Shown: positions 14,201 through 28,000 of the stretch, piece after piece
How the letters are laid out: every line of letters begins with the position of its first letter
How positions within the stretch are numbered: position 1 is the stretch's first letter
Source: Vicugna vicugna
Lineage: Eukaryota
Direction of reading: 5' to 3'
Assembly: GCA_013265495.1 (NCBI GenBank)
Contig: MU058065.1
Span: 2,271,003 to 2,335,002 of the forward strand
DNA: 64,000 nt
Made by a program: the position numbers and the translations under genes
Notes under the pieces: generated by a model
What the model was told of the DNA's origin: nothing
Seen by the model: only the letters and a program-made list of their open reading frames with translations
The model's database searches: none

Positions 14201-15824
14201 GGCCACGCTGACCACAGGGGAGCCCCCGGTGGGAGCTTATGTAGGGCACTTACATGTTTTGAATTTAGACGGCTGCGTTTACACAACCATTTTACAATTA
14301 CGCGCTGGATAAACGCTGAATATTCTAAATTTTTTATAACATGCTTGTTTCACAATATATAAGAAAGTTGCAACATCACCATGAATGGTGGCCTTCGTGG
14401 TTCACCTTGTGGCCCCGTGTGCTCCGCGGGGAGCAGGCGGGGAACTCTGATTCTGCTGACAATCCTCTTCCCTGCGCAGTGAATTTCACTCTCCCTGGAA
14501 AGTGTTTGGAGCTAACAGTGAGTGAGGCTCGGGACTGAACAGACTCTTTTCCTCAGTCACGCTCAATAAACATTATTTTGATGATGCAATGAAAAATAAT
14601 TAACAGAAAAAGAAAGCATATAAGCCAGCAGGTTGAGTTAATACCACACGTGTACTTATTGGACATCCACTGCTGTGGGAGGCAGGGCACTTCGAAGTTC
14701 TTTTTTAGTGGAAGTCTTTGCTTTTCCATAAACACATGTAAAGCTCCTACCTCTTACTTGTCATAGCCAAGCTCAGTAAGTGGTAATCAGGAAAACATAT
14801 TTCCAACAGATCCCTGTAACGGAGACATCAGTGTAAACAGCCATCTTCACAACTGATGAATTTGCCAGTTGTTCTGCCTTATTGTAGATTTAAGGGCGTC
14901 ACTCAAATTTATTTTAATGAGCAGTTCTTTAATTAAGAAAGTAATAAGCTTACGGTAAAAAAAAAAATCATGGGCATGTAATCATAAAATATTCACAGCA
15001 ACCGCAGGGATTCACTCCCTTATTTCAGACCCTCCAGCGGTTTCTCGTGGCTCCTACAATGGAATCCAAGAGCCATACCTGGCTCCGCATGCTCTTCGGG
15101 ACCTGGCCCCTTTTTCTTCTTCACCTCCACCCCTTCTCTCTCGCCCACATCTCTTACTTCACAGCCACACCGATCTCGGTGACTGTACCTTCATTCCCAC
15201 CCTGCCTGGCATGCCCTTCCCCTGATCGGTACATGGCGTCTCTTTCTCATCACTCAGGTCTCGACACGTGTGTCCCCCTGCAGAGGTGGCGTCCCTGACC
15301 GTCCTCTCCAGTGCTGCCCACCCCGCGCCCTTCATTTACTGACGTCACTGTGACATGGCTGTGGCCCTGATCCCTCTCAGAAATGACTTTGTTTCCTGGT
15401 TCATTTTCTGTCTTCCTTCTGGCATATAAACCCCAGGAAGGCAGGAGTCTTGGCCATCTTAGTTACAGTTCTGTGTCCAGCACTTGGACAAGGGCCTGGC
15501 ACACAGCTGGCCCTCGGTAAATATTGGTGGAATTGGATGAAAGGTGGTTACGAGGCTGAAATAACAGGATAGTGTCTGGCGCAGAGCTGGGACCTACCGA
15601 GTGGAAGTCTCCTTCCTCTCTCTCCCCATCCCTCCAACAAAATGTAGGAAAAGAATTTAATCTGCACTGCTCTACCTTGAATACACTGAAGACATTCAGT
15701 TACACTGAATGTAGTAAATCATATCTCGCGGAGTACAAAGTAGTCCCCGAATAAGTGTTCATTTAAGGAGAATGTAAATATGTTCTTTATCTCCTTGTTC
15801 AGGTTGTCTTTGCCGGAAGGAACC

Positions 15825-16083
15825 ATGAACTGGCATTTTCCCTTCGTCCTCGTGGCCACCGTGACGCTGCCCTCCGTGTGTTCCCAGTTCAACCCTCTGT
15901 CCCTGGAGGAACTAGGCTCCGACACGGGAATCCAGATTTTCAATCAGATTGTCAAGTCTCGGCCTCATGACAACATCGTTGTCTCCCCGCACGGGATTGC
16001 ATCCGTCCTGGGGATGCTTCAGCTGGGAGCCGACGGCAGGACCAAGAAGCAGCTCACCACGGTGATGAGATACGGCGTGAATG
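15825..16083 (+). CDS. SERPINE2: SERPINE2 first coding exon (exon starts 15803 with 22 nt of 5'UTR; encodes signal peptide)
   Basis: Acceptor ttgttcAG at 15801-15802; ACCATG start; MNWHF...MRYGVNG; donor GTGCGT at 16084. Confidence 0.97.
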
Positions 16084-19000
16084 GTGCGTGCGCCCATGGC
16101 CCCGCTGGGCCCCCGGCAGGATGGCTCCTCACCTACAGCCCCGAGGAGCAGAGCAGCCTGGAGGGGTTTCCCTGCTGCCGTCGGGGCTCGAGGGCCGGCC
16201 TGACCCGCTACAGGACAGACGTGGCCATTGCTGGCAGTTAGGAGAACTGGATTCTGGCCTCTGTCCTGTAGCTGTGGGGCTTTGGGTCAGTCACTTGATC
16301 TCTAAACGCTCCCGTTTTCTCACCTCTGAAAAGAAAACTTCCCGCCTGCCCCGCCCCCACCCCCATCCGTGGTGTACAGAGGTAAAAACGCCTTATGGCT
16401 ATGAACGTACTTTAAAAACCATAAGCCCGGGAGGTGGGTGGCTGTGACCCTGGTGGGCGGCACCGGGGAGCCCGGTGCTGATGGGACCCCTCTGCATCTT
16501 GATGGTGGTGGGGGACACATGGATCTCCATGGGGGATGAAATTGCGTAGAGCTGCGCGCCGGCACGCACACAGACACGTGCATGTGAAACAAACGAATGG
16601 GCTCTGGCGACTGTACCAATGGCAGTTTTCTGGTTGTGGGTCTCCACTGCAGTCACACAACATAGTGCCATGGGGGAACTGGGTGAAAGGTGGGAATATA
16701 CGGGACCGCTCAGTATATTGCTTTACAGCTTCCTGTGACTGTATCTTTATTCCGAAATAAAAACCTTAATTTTTTTTTTTCTTTAAAGTAAGGTCCAGTT
16801 GAAATGGTTTCAATTCTTTGAAAGGAAACCCAGTTTAAAATACGTGTTTGAATTTAAGAGCTTACCCCTCCTAGTGCGTTACTTAGCTTCAGCTCAGCTT
16901 TTCTCACCCGAGTCCCCTTCCACTGCCTCCTACACGATGCAGGGCACGGCCCGGGGACCTTCCTTTGGCTCCCAGGTGCCCCGTGACCTTAAGCAAGTCA
17001 CTTTTCACGTCTGGGGCTTAGCGGCTTCGTGGGGAAGTGAGGGCATTATCCCACCCAGGTTCTTCCCCTCTCACTGGCCTTAAAGGTCTAGGGATGCTGA
17101 GTGCGCTGCCGCCTTCGCTGGGAGAGGAGGGGAGCGATGCGCGCTTAAGTACCTCCCTCCGCGCGGGGACCTGATCTTTCTCAGCGTGGCCCCCGGAGCT
17201 GCCAGCACCAAACGCCCGCCGGCCCGCTCCGTTTACACAGCATTACCCTTTTGCAAGCGTTTGCAGTCTGTTCACCTGTTTGAAGCGCAGAAGGACTGAA
17301 TACTTGGGATGCGCCATGCCGCCCCTTGCTTGGAAGCTCAGCGCTCCTAGTGATGTATCACTTCACAGTGAATCACCGATAGCGGCCCTGGCCTCTCCCA
17401 GCGCCATCTAGGCCCTGTCGGCCAATATCGTTCCAAAATAGCCGCCGGATTTTTATGATTTGTTATCACGCTGAGCCGCATTGATTTTAAGCAGTATTTT
17501 CTAAAGTTTTGACGATGTTGGCCTCTTGGCAGCTTCTCCCCACCCCCACCTTGTCTTCCTCCAAAATCTCCGGCAGCTGCATTGTATGACTTAAGTTCCC
17601 ACGACAGACAGACTCATCTGGGGAGCCCCAGTAGGTTTTCAGGGGCCTGGTTTGGGCTCAGCCTCTGACAACTAACGAAAGTTATGCTCTGGTTCAGGAT
17701 GGAGGCAGGGCAGTCTGGGGCAGAGGAGGGTCTGCCCTGATCTTTTCTAGGCTGGAGACTGACCGACCCGGGCGCGCAGGGGACTGGAAGGGATGAGTGC
17801 TCTGACTGGTCCCTGAAGTCTGCTGTTCCTTTTGTCCTACAGAGTGCCTGCCCGGGCTTGCCGGGCCTGCCCTGCAGAACGAGTGAGGGGGTGGAGTCTC
17901 CAGAGACCTAACCAAGGGCCTCCCCTTAGCTGAGAGTGACAGGTCAGCTCTCCAGGGGACCTCCAAGGTGACTGCCTGATGTTTTAGGGCAGTGTCACTT
18001 TGAAAGAACTCCAAGAAGAAGACGGATCTGTAATTTGAGCTCTCTGTGGAAACACATTTCATCCTTAGAACTTATTTCCGTCTTTCCTGTACTCTAAAAC
18101 TAAATGGACCATGTGTGAGTGGCTCATGTGAAATAAAGCCTACATTGCCATAAAATTAATCCTCGTACTTTGTGAGCCTGATATCAAGTAAAAATCACAT
18201 TGTTCTGGGATGGTGGCACCAGGCAACTTTTTATAGTCTTTCTGATGCCTATTTTATACTTTTGTTTTATTTTGGGAGGAGGAAGTAATGAGATTTATTT
18301 ATTTTTAGAGGGGGTACTGGGGATTGAATCCAGGACCCTGTGCATGCTAAGCATGTGCTCTACCACTTGAGCTATACCCTCCCCCTTATACTTTTAATTT
18401 TTTCTGAAATAGAGAAAAGAAATTGCTCTCTTAAATCTTTGGCAGGAAAGGAAACAGTGCTTAAGGTTGCTAAGAAAGAGAGACTGGGGTAGGAAGAGTC
18501 CTTCGATTTATTCCCCTGTGTCTACATAACCAGTCTCCCTGGTGCCAGGAAAGTCTTCCAGGAGATCGAGGTCTGCTTGGGGAAGGTGTGGAGAATGTCC
18601 TGAAAACACCTGTTTTGCAGCTAGAGGCACAGCTGGATCCTTAGGAGCGATTAATAGTTATACTTCGTTTTAGGAGACCCGTGCCCCCTTTCTTCTTAAC
18701 AGAAGCCCAGGAAGAAAGCAGATAACTTCATCTCTTGCTCCTCATGCTTGTCTTGGTTATACTGTTCTCATTTGCCATAATATAAAAGATGTTAAAAAAA
18801 AAAAAACTTTCCTAAACTCTTGCAGAAATGTTGCTGCATTTTCTCCTTTCTCCTTTAGGAGTCGGCAAAGTGTTAAAGAAAATCAACAAGGCCATCGTCT
18901 CCAAGAAGAATAAAGACATTGTGACAGTGGCTAACGCGGTGTTTGTCAAGGATGGCTTTAAAATGGAAGTGCCTTTCGTCACGAGGAACCGAGACGTGTT

Positions 19001-22000
19001 TCAGTGTGAAGTCCGCAACGTGAACTTTGAGGACCCCACTGCTGCCTGTGATTCCGTCAATGTGTGGGTTAGAAACGAAACCAGGGGTGAGTGGTCACGG
19101 TTCCTGGAAACTCTTCGGTGTGATTTTAAACTCTGGATAAAAAGCACAAGTCTGGCTCTGAGATTCGAACTGGGGTCTGCAAGTCCACTGGCCCTGCCGC
19201 TATGAAAGGCCTGGACCCATCTGACAGCCCCATCCTTTTCTTTCTGGAGGACCCCACGGCTCAGTCTGCCTCCCTTCCCTTTTCCCACTGCCACTCCTTG
19301 TCCCCCTGGGAACGTTCTTCCCCGGGGCTCAGGGCAGCCCCCAGACTTCCTCCCTCACTGCAGCTCACCACCAGAGTCCTTGCCTACAAGCCCTTGTCTG
19401 GGCTGAAGGTTTTATTGCTCATTTATTCCTGCTTCTTTCTTTTTTTTTTTTAATGGAAGTATAGTCGGTTACAATGTGTCAATTTCTGGTGTATAAAATA
19501 ATGTCCCAGTCATGCATATATATACATATATTCATTTTCATATTCTTTTTTATGAAAGGTTATTACTAGATCTTGAATTTAGCTCCCTGTGCTATACAGA
19601 AGAAATTTGGGGGTTTTAAATCTATTTTTATATATAGTGGTTAACATTTGTAAATCTCAAACTCCCAAATGTATCCTTTCCCACCCTCTTTCCCCTGGTA
19701 ACCATAAGATTGTTTACTATGTCTGCAAATGTGTTTCTGTTTTGTAGATGAGTTCATGGGAGTCCTTTTTTCTTTTCTTTTTTTTTTTTTTTTAAGATTC
19801 CACATATGAGTGATATCATGTGGTATTTTTCTTTCTCTTTCTGGCTGCTTCTGTTTCTGCTGTTCTCTTTGCCAAGAATATGCTTCCCAGCCTTTACGGT
19901 TCAGGATTGATCTCTCCCCGCACCTTCCTTGCCTCTTTTTTTTATTGTTAGTTGCTGTACAGTATTATATAAGTTACAGGTGTACGACGTAGTGGTTCAC
20001 AACTTTTGAAGGTTATACTCCATTTACAGTTATCGTAGAATATTGGCTACGTTCCCTGGGTCGTACAATATATCCTGGTCGTTTATTTTCTGCATAATAG
20101 TTTTTACTTCTTCATCCCCTGCCTCTCTGTCTCCCCTCCCCCCTTTCCTCTCTCCGTTCCTTCCTCGCCTCTGGCTCCTGTCAGCCCAGGAAGGAGGCAC
20201 CTCCTCTTTGGTTGTGACTGACGTGTGATTGTCCTGAACCGTGCCCGTCACAAGAGCACTTCCACGCCGTGTGATGATTACTTGCTTACGTGCATCTCGC
20301 CTCCCGTGAAATGGAAGAAATGTCTAGCATCAGTGTTTTAAACCTGTTCATTTGTAAACTGGAGGTTCAGGTGGGAGCATACAGGAGGAGAGGTAGGTGC
20401 AGAGCCGCAGAGGAAAGTTAAGGCTAGGAGCAGAGATTTGGGAACCATTTTTCACACAAGGGGAGAGTAAAGGTCACAAAAGTGGAAACAAAAGAGACTC
20501 AAGAGGGGAATAAGCCCCGAAATGAAACTTAGGGAAACTTTTCCTTTTGAGGTCATGTTTCTTCAAAGCGTGGTTCCTGCAGTGCCTGGGGTGTATGTTT
20601 AGAATGCAGATCGCCGGACCCCCTCCCACTGAATCAGAATCCCTGAGGCCAGGGCCTGGCATTCTGCACTGGAGCAAGTCTTCCCCCAGGGCTCCCTCCA
20701 GACTAACATATGTGAATGTTTGCAAACCATTCGAGGGACTAATGAGGAGAGGAGCTAATGAGGAGACGGAGGAGAAATGTTCTGGAGGGTGGTGGAGAGC
20801 CCGGGTGTTACGGTAAATCTGTGACATCCCTCCTCAGCAGCATCCTGGACCGTACGGTCTGGGCTCCCTTCCTGCAGCCACGAAGCAGTCAGGAGACCAG
20901 AATATGTGAAGGGGTCAGCGTGTTTGTCTGAGCCCGTGGGGCTGAGAACAGAGGTGGGAAGCTGACGGCACTCAGATGCCGGGTGGCTGCATGCTGTGGC
21001 TGTGCCAGCCAGCTCCTTCTTTACTGGATACTGGGAATTGTTAAGTCCCCCAGGATGACACTGGAGGGTTTTACCACTTGCACACGCACTGACTCAATGA
21101 ATTGTTCACAGCATCCAGGGAAGGGACAGCGAGAAGGCTAGAAAAGTGCTTCTCAACCCAGCAGACCTAACTCCCACTTTTAAACAAAGGTTTTCATACT
21201 CACTTTACTGTCTTGAAATGGAATTCCTAGCTCATATACCCTAGGCACACGTACACAAATTTTTAAAAATTAATATAATGCTAAAGTGTAATACAAGGAA
21301 AAACAAAAATTTATGTATGTAATTCAGTAGGTAAACCCTTGTGTACCGCCGCCCCTGAACAGTCAGAGTGTTAGAAGAATTGACCTGTGAACTGACATTC
21401 ATGCGGAACGTGAACTGATAGCTACAAAAGCGGACTCAGAAGGCAAGCTGCACTGCGGACACAAAAACCACGGGCTGTGCTACCATCATTGGTGCAGTTT
21501 TTTTCTGAAACGCTGCAAAACTCTTGGTAAATTTCCGACCAAAACAAGCACAAGTGCCACTGGATTTGGTTTGCGTGGTAGTCACATTCCGAGCAAGTTT
21601 ATCCTACGTTAAAAGTATGCAAAAGAACAGCTACTTTGTGTTGACCTACAGGAAAGAGTGAGGCTCTGGGCTCAGCTGACGACGGGCAGGTTTCTTGCCA
21701 ACTCGAATACCCAGCGGGGCGCTTGAAAGCTCTGCGGCAAGCAGGACAGTTCATTTTGGGGGCTGTTTTGAACACCGCAGGACTTACAGCATCTCTGGCC
21801 ACCACCCACTCAACCAGAAACGCTCCCACCAATTTCCAAACTGCCCCACTGAGAGGCAGTTGCTTACATGCGAGGTCTCAGAAGGACCCTAGAGACGGGA
21901 CAGTCCACTTGTGGAAGACCGCCGCATGGAGATGACAGATCCTGCCCAGCAGAGAGTGGGGGAGACTTCCCAGTGTGCTGGGATGTGGTGACGGCCCAGC

Positions 22001-25000
22001 CGGGGCTGCCCTGCCACCTTTCTGCAGCCTCAGCCTCTCTGTGCTCCAGCCACGCGGGCTTCCTTCCCATCTCTTGTGCTCGCCCTCCTCCCTCCAGTCA
22101 CAGATGCCCCCCATGCATCCCACTACCTGGAATGCGTTCCTTCTCGTTGTCCCTTGCCTGTTCATTTTCACACTATCTCACGAATGGCATAATAGTTAAA
22201 AGCATAAGTGCCCGGTTTGAATCTCAGTTCTGCCACCCATTGGCTGTGTAACCTCAGGCAGGTTACTCAGTCTCCCTGTGCCACAGCATCCTCGGCCATA
22301 AAATGGAGATAAAATAGTGTTAACTGCTAGACTCGTTAATAAGGTTGTTATGGGAATATAAGTAACATGCATAAAGCATTTAGCGCGGTGGTGGACACTT
22401 AACAAGTGTCCAACAGATGGGAGCTACTTTTACAACTCAGCTCAAGTAATACTTCCTCAAGGAACCACCCATCCCTGACCTCCCTGACCTGATCAGATCC
22501 CCCTCTAATTTGCCCTCACATCCTCAAGTACTTTCACTTCAAGATATTTATTACAATTGCATTTCCAAGTCATTTATGTCAGTCAGCTTCCTTCCAATCC
22601 ACAGCTTTTTGAGGGGAAGAGCTTATTTTTGTTTTGTTTTCTTACCTAAAAGTGCTCCTGGCAGATGGTAGGTAGGCATCAAAGAATGGGTGGGGTGGAT
22701 AAGTGGATGGATGGATGGATGGATGGATGGATGGATGGGTTAGTGGATAGACGAATGGATGGGTTAGTGGATAGATGGATGGATGGGTGGATGGATGGGT
22801 GGATGAGTTGATAGATGGATGGATCGAGGGGTAGATGAATGGATGGGTGGAGGGGTGGGTGGATGGATGATGGATGCATATTTATTGCCATTACTGATGT
22901 CAGGTCCCCCATGTGCCTCCTTGCCTCTAAACTATGCATTTCTTACATTTCTCTCTTTTTCCTTTCTGTTTATTTCTCCATGTCCCCTTATTATATCTTA
23001 GTTCCACCAGTGGCAACAAGAGACTTTATTTACCTCAGGAAAAAAGGGCTGAAGAGATTCCTTCAGACCCCTGGTGCGCACTGACAGTATGCTGAACACA
23101 GAGCCAGGCATGATTTTTAAAAATGAATGACAGGGTTCCTGTGCTTGTGTGGCTCACAGTTTAGTTGAGGGAGACAGACATGAAATTTGGCTAGAATAAA
23201 ATACCGCAGTGTAACGGTGGTGCTGAGCATTGGGTTCTATGGAAACCGGGAGATGGAGAGGAGGATCAGAGAAGGTGTGTAAGGAGAGGGAGCCACGTAC
23301 GTCTCAAAGGCAAGTAGGAGTTGGACCGGATAATGGCCCCAGCAAAGGCAAGATGCAGCCTTTGCTATCGGGAAAGCAACTCTCCAAAGCTTGCCATCGC
23401 TGGAGCACACAGTTCTCACTTCCTTCCCTCAGGACAGGGTCTATTCACAGCAGCCGGCCCTTCGTTGAGTGATGGCTATTTACAGCTCAGCTATTTTCCT
23501 TCCAGAGCCTGATATAAGGTGGCATTGGCGCCCCCTTGTGTCAGTGATGAGCAGTGCTGTCACTGGCTGAGCCAGCTGGTCAGGAATCCTCTGGGTGTGC
23601 TTCTTCATGGTGACTTACGTAAACCTCTGTTGATGGTACATCGAATCTTCTTGAGCTTCATTTAAAAGGACTTAAAGCTCTCTCTGCTGAGTTAGACATT
23701 TTTGTTTCTTCAGAAACCATTGGTTTGACTCTCACCATTTAACCTATTGTAACTTGCATTTATGTTATGCACTTTTAAAAAATTGAGCCAAAAGCTACAT
23801 TTTGGATAATTTTGGTATTAGTGATCTCTCTTAAATGCACGCGCGTGCACACACACACACACACGCACACGCACAGCTGAATCTTCAAACACCGAGCAAA
23901 AGGAACCTAAATGAGAAACCAAAGCTTCGAGCACTTCAGAAGGATCTTTGTGACTCACAAGGGCACCCTGACACCGCAGTGGTTGAGTTTCTCCTTCACT
24001 CCTGCACAGACGGGCTGGACCATCCTGACGTCTTGTGAAGAGCGTTTTCTTTCAAAATTACTTCTTCTAGGACAGACCCGCTTTCTCTCTGTCTCTGCAA
24101 TATGAGCACCTAGGTCAACCCCTGACCCACAAACACCCATTTTAGTCTCAACTCTTCAAGTAGCTTATAATAACCAGGGATTCCACAGTAACAATCAGCA
24201 TTCCTAAAATCTTCCGAGAATTTAAGCATTTGCCTTAAAGAACATTGCACAGGCTGAAGGGTTCCTTTATGTTTGGGAATAAATTAACCCAGTGTTTAAA
24301 ACTGCACAACAGACAGCTGTTTACCTTGTGCCAGTCAAAAACCTCCACTGACAGTCAGAGTGTCAGTTACCATCAAAAACAGGGAAATTGATTATTAAGC
24401 ATAGTTTATGGAGATGAATAAAATGTTCTTAAAACATGGGGCATATAGACAATTTGTTATAAAAAAAATTTCTTGAAGAAGTTTGGTAACCTCAAATAGA
24501 GGATCTCCAGTCTTTTCTGGTTCTCTGATTTTTTTTATTTTATTTTTTATTGAAGTAGAGTTGATTTATAATGTTGTGTTAGTTTCTGATATACAGCTTA
24601 GTGATTCAGTCATACATATATATACATATTTTTTCAGATTCTTTTTTATTATAGGTTATTACAAGCTATTGGATATAGTTCCCCATGCTATACAGTAGGA
24701 CTTTGTTGTTTATCTGTTTTTTATACAGCTGTTAGTATCTGATTTTTAACTTGTTTTCAGCTTTTAATTTTTAGTGATAGGAAAAAATTAGAAGTGACCA
24801 AAAGGTATTGTAAAAAGTTTCTCCAAAAAATCCTTTAAAAATCCCTTTGACTTTTCCTTCTCCGGGATCCTGCAGCTGCCCTCTGCCCTCCAGTGAACTG
24901 CTCGTCCTGAGAGTCCTCCGTGTTTGTGCTCGGTGCAGGTATGATCGACAATCTGCTGTCCCCGGATCTTCTCGACGGCGTCCTTACCAGACTGGTCCTG

Positions 25001-28000
25001 GTCAATGCAGTGTATTTTAAGGGTTTGTGGAAATCACGGTTTCAGCCTGAGAACACGAAGAAACGGACATTTGTGGCAGCGGACGGGAAGTCCTACCAGG
25101 TGCCGATGCTCGCCCAGCTCTCCGTGTTCCGGTGCGGTAAGTTCATGGCTGGAGAGGCCCCGTTCTAGAACGTGCCAGGCGCAGGAAGGCCCTCGAGTGC
25201 TTCCACTTAGTTCAAGGTAGATCTGCGTTTTTATTTCTAATGAAGGACAGAGGAGGGGAGGACAGGATTTTTTAAAAACTCGTGGTCAGTCTTTGTATTG
25301 TTAATAAAGATAATGTATTAATATGTAAACCACATAGGCTTTTAGGTTGAAATTTAAGGATGAAAGGGAAGTTCACAAAATAAGTATAAATGGACATTAA
25401 ACATGTGAACGCATTATCATCTCCTCGTTAGTCATTTTGCATTATTACCAAATTAAAAATTAAGGTAAAAATTAGATTTCTTTTCCATTGATCAGATTAG
25501 CAAAAATTATGAAGATTGACAGAGCCCAGTCATGGCCCTGGTGCAGGGGCACATGGGTGCTCTTAGGTGCTTTTGGTGGTGGGAAGCCGTGGTCTGGAGG
25601 ACTTTGTGGCAACCTTGCCCCAGCATCCCACGCCAAGCACTTCATAATCAAGATAATCCCACACTAGCAAATAAATAGAAGCCATCTACCTACGCGTAGT
25701 GGAACCCCCGTGATAGTTAGATTTAGATTTATACAGGGAGAAAGTTATGTAATATGTGGTTGATCTCAGAAAACAAGTTACAGAACAGCAGATGCCATTT
25801 CATCTCGTTTATGTAAAATACTTTCCATATATTCATATGTCTGTTGAGACGTGTCTTGGAGGATGTTCAGTAAAATGGCAAGTGGTAGTATTTCAAATGA
25901 TTATTTTTCTTTGAGCTTGAGAATTTTTTTTTAACAAATATGTATCAGGTTTACAATCAGGAAAAAAAAAATGACACATCTCTCCTGTCCATCGATAACT
26001 AAGTCTGGTGATTGTTTTTTAAACCTGCTTTGCTTGAAGTACTCTCTGTCCAATTTAACTTACACTTCTTTTCCCTCTGTAAGTTAGCCTTTATGTCTGC
26101 AGTCTGTCCCTGAACATGCGGGGCCCAGTGTTACCTTTCCTTACATGGTACTTATTGTCTGCAAGCCCCGCTCCACATTTCACTAGCTGCCTAATTCCCT
26201 AAGTTAAGGAGTGACTCGTGGGAAGGACGCAATGAACAAAGTCACTTTCCTTCTCCCTTGTCATTCATCAAACTTCCAGGTAGAATTTTGTCATCCACTC
26301 AATAAATGTTTTTAAGATAATATGTATTTAAAAGGCCTGCAGCTTTTGAAAGTCCTGTATTTAAAAGGTTCCATGCTAAGCAATTGAAAAATAGAAGTCT
26401 CTTTTTTTTTTGCCCAAAAGTCACTCTCAGGTCGTTGCCCAGGAAGACTCATGGGAAAGCTAGCCTGGCCCCCAGCTCACATCTGAAGCAAAGCTGTTTT
26501 ACTTTAGGTCAATCTTTGTACACGTTCTAATCAAATACATTTTGAGGGGGCCTCATTTGCTGTGTATTTCTGTTGCTGAAAAACAACGACTGTGTTAGTA
26601 AAGAGGCAAATGCAAGGGCTCTTTAGACATTCCCATGAAAGATTAAAATGTTTGTCTTTGTAGGAATGGAACGTGCTTTCCTTGAGTGTAGGGGATGTTC
26701 CCAGAGAAGGAGCTACATCTCCAGGTGGCTTTTCCATTAACAATGTGTCTTAGAATATGTGCTTTACAGAAAATAACACAAATTACATTCTTTTGGTCAA
26801 AGATTCAAACCCCACAGATCCACGGTGTGTGGGGTCTCTTTCCCCCGCCTTCCCTGATTCACGCCCTCCCTTCTACACCCTCTCTGAGCTCCCAGAAGGC
26901 TGCGTCCGTCCGGGGCTCCCTTGCCCCCTGGCTTCCTGTTGGTTTGCTGGTGGGGCGGAGCAGCAGGTGATGGGGTAAGGGCGGGGAGGGGGTTGGGCGC
27001 TTGCTTCCCAGTCCTCCCCTGCGTCACCAGGGCCAGTGCATCCCTCCACCCAAGGTCTCCTGCCATCAGGGCCACCACCTCCTTACCTTGGCCCTTCCAT
27101 CCTTAGATGGGTAATGGTGCCCCACTGTTTGTAGCCCTGGGTACCATCCTTGGTGGTTCCTCTGTACTCTCCCCTTTGCTTTGTAGGTGGTCCCTTCATT
27201 AATCTTAGTTGACCCAGACTGGTGTCCTGTCCGTTTCCTTTTGGCCCCTGGCTGATCTGTACTGAATGCAGAACAGAACATGACAGCCCCCTGGCTCTCA
27301 TTCCCTCCCAAGTAAACCCCGTAAGTGCTCTGGGGCCACCCTTCCTCCCCTCCTTTCTGTGCCTGTCATAGGGTTTTTACTGAGTAACCTGGGATTGGAA
27401 CCCAGCTCCTTCCACGGGCCACGTGGCAGAGTCCAGGGGTGTCATCTGTCCCTGGGTCTCCCTCTTTGGCTGGTGAAGCAGCTTTTCATGGAAAGATGGG
27501 GCCAGTTTGTTTTGTGGAGAAAGCCCAGTGGTCCGTGTTGGCCCCGAGCAGGCGTTTGTTTTCGAGACTGCAGACCACGCAGCTGGTCACCCACTTTCTA
27601 CCTGTCTCACCCCACTCTGGCCAACATGACCAGCCAGGGATCAGAGGCAGGAGGCCCCGGCTGAGGTGGCCAGGCCGCCGAAGTCACTCACGCGGCCTCT
27701 GGTGCCACCTGCCCAGGGTCACCAGCCTTGGTCACTTTGCCAAAATGTTGCCAGTCCGTTTATCCATTTATCAGCCTTCCTGACTTCTCCCCGAAGATGT
27801 GATCAAGATGTCTGAGAGGATTCACTTAGTAACACGAACGGAGAGGGTGGAAAACAGGGGAGCACCCTTCTGACTTGACTTAAGTCCCATAAAGCACGAG
27901 CACTTTGAGGGTAGAAACTTTTCTATTTAAAAAATAGAGATAGCCTTAAAATGAGTAGAAGTATAGTTCATATTCTTTGCAAAATCCTCAAATACAGCAG

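Noticed and set aside
1..15802. Search for SERPINE2 exon 1 or a nested gene in the upstream 15.8 kb
   Set aside because: No promoter-type CpG island or spliceable coding exons recognised; ORFs are short or repeat-derived. Treated as intron 1, though small non-coding exons cannot be excluded by eye.
18264..18385. tRNA-like sequence (also 47885-48019)
   Set aside because: Has a non-tRNA 3' extension, an A-rich tail and a TSD, so it is a SINE rather than a tRNA gene.
22679..22939. ORF with IHPS repeats
   Set aside because: Translation of the (TGGA)n microsatellite.
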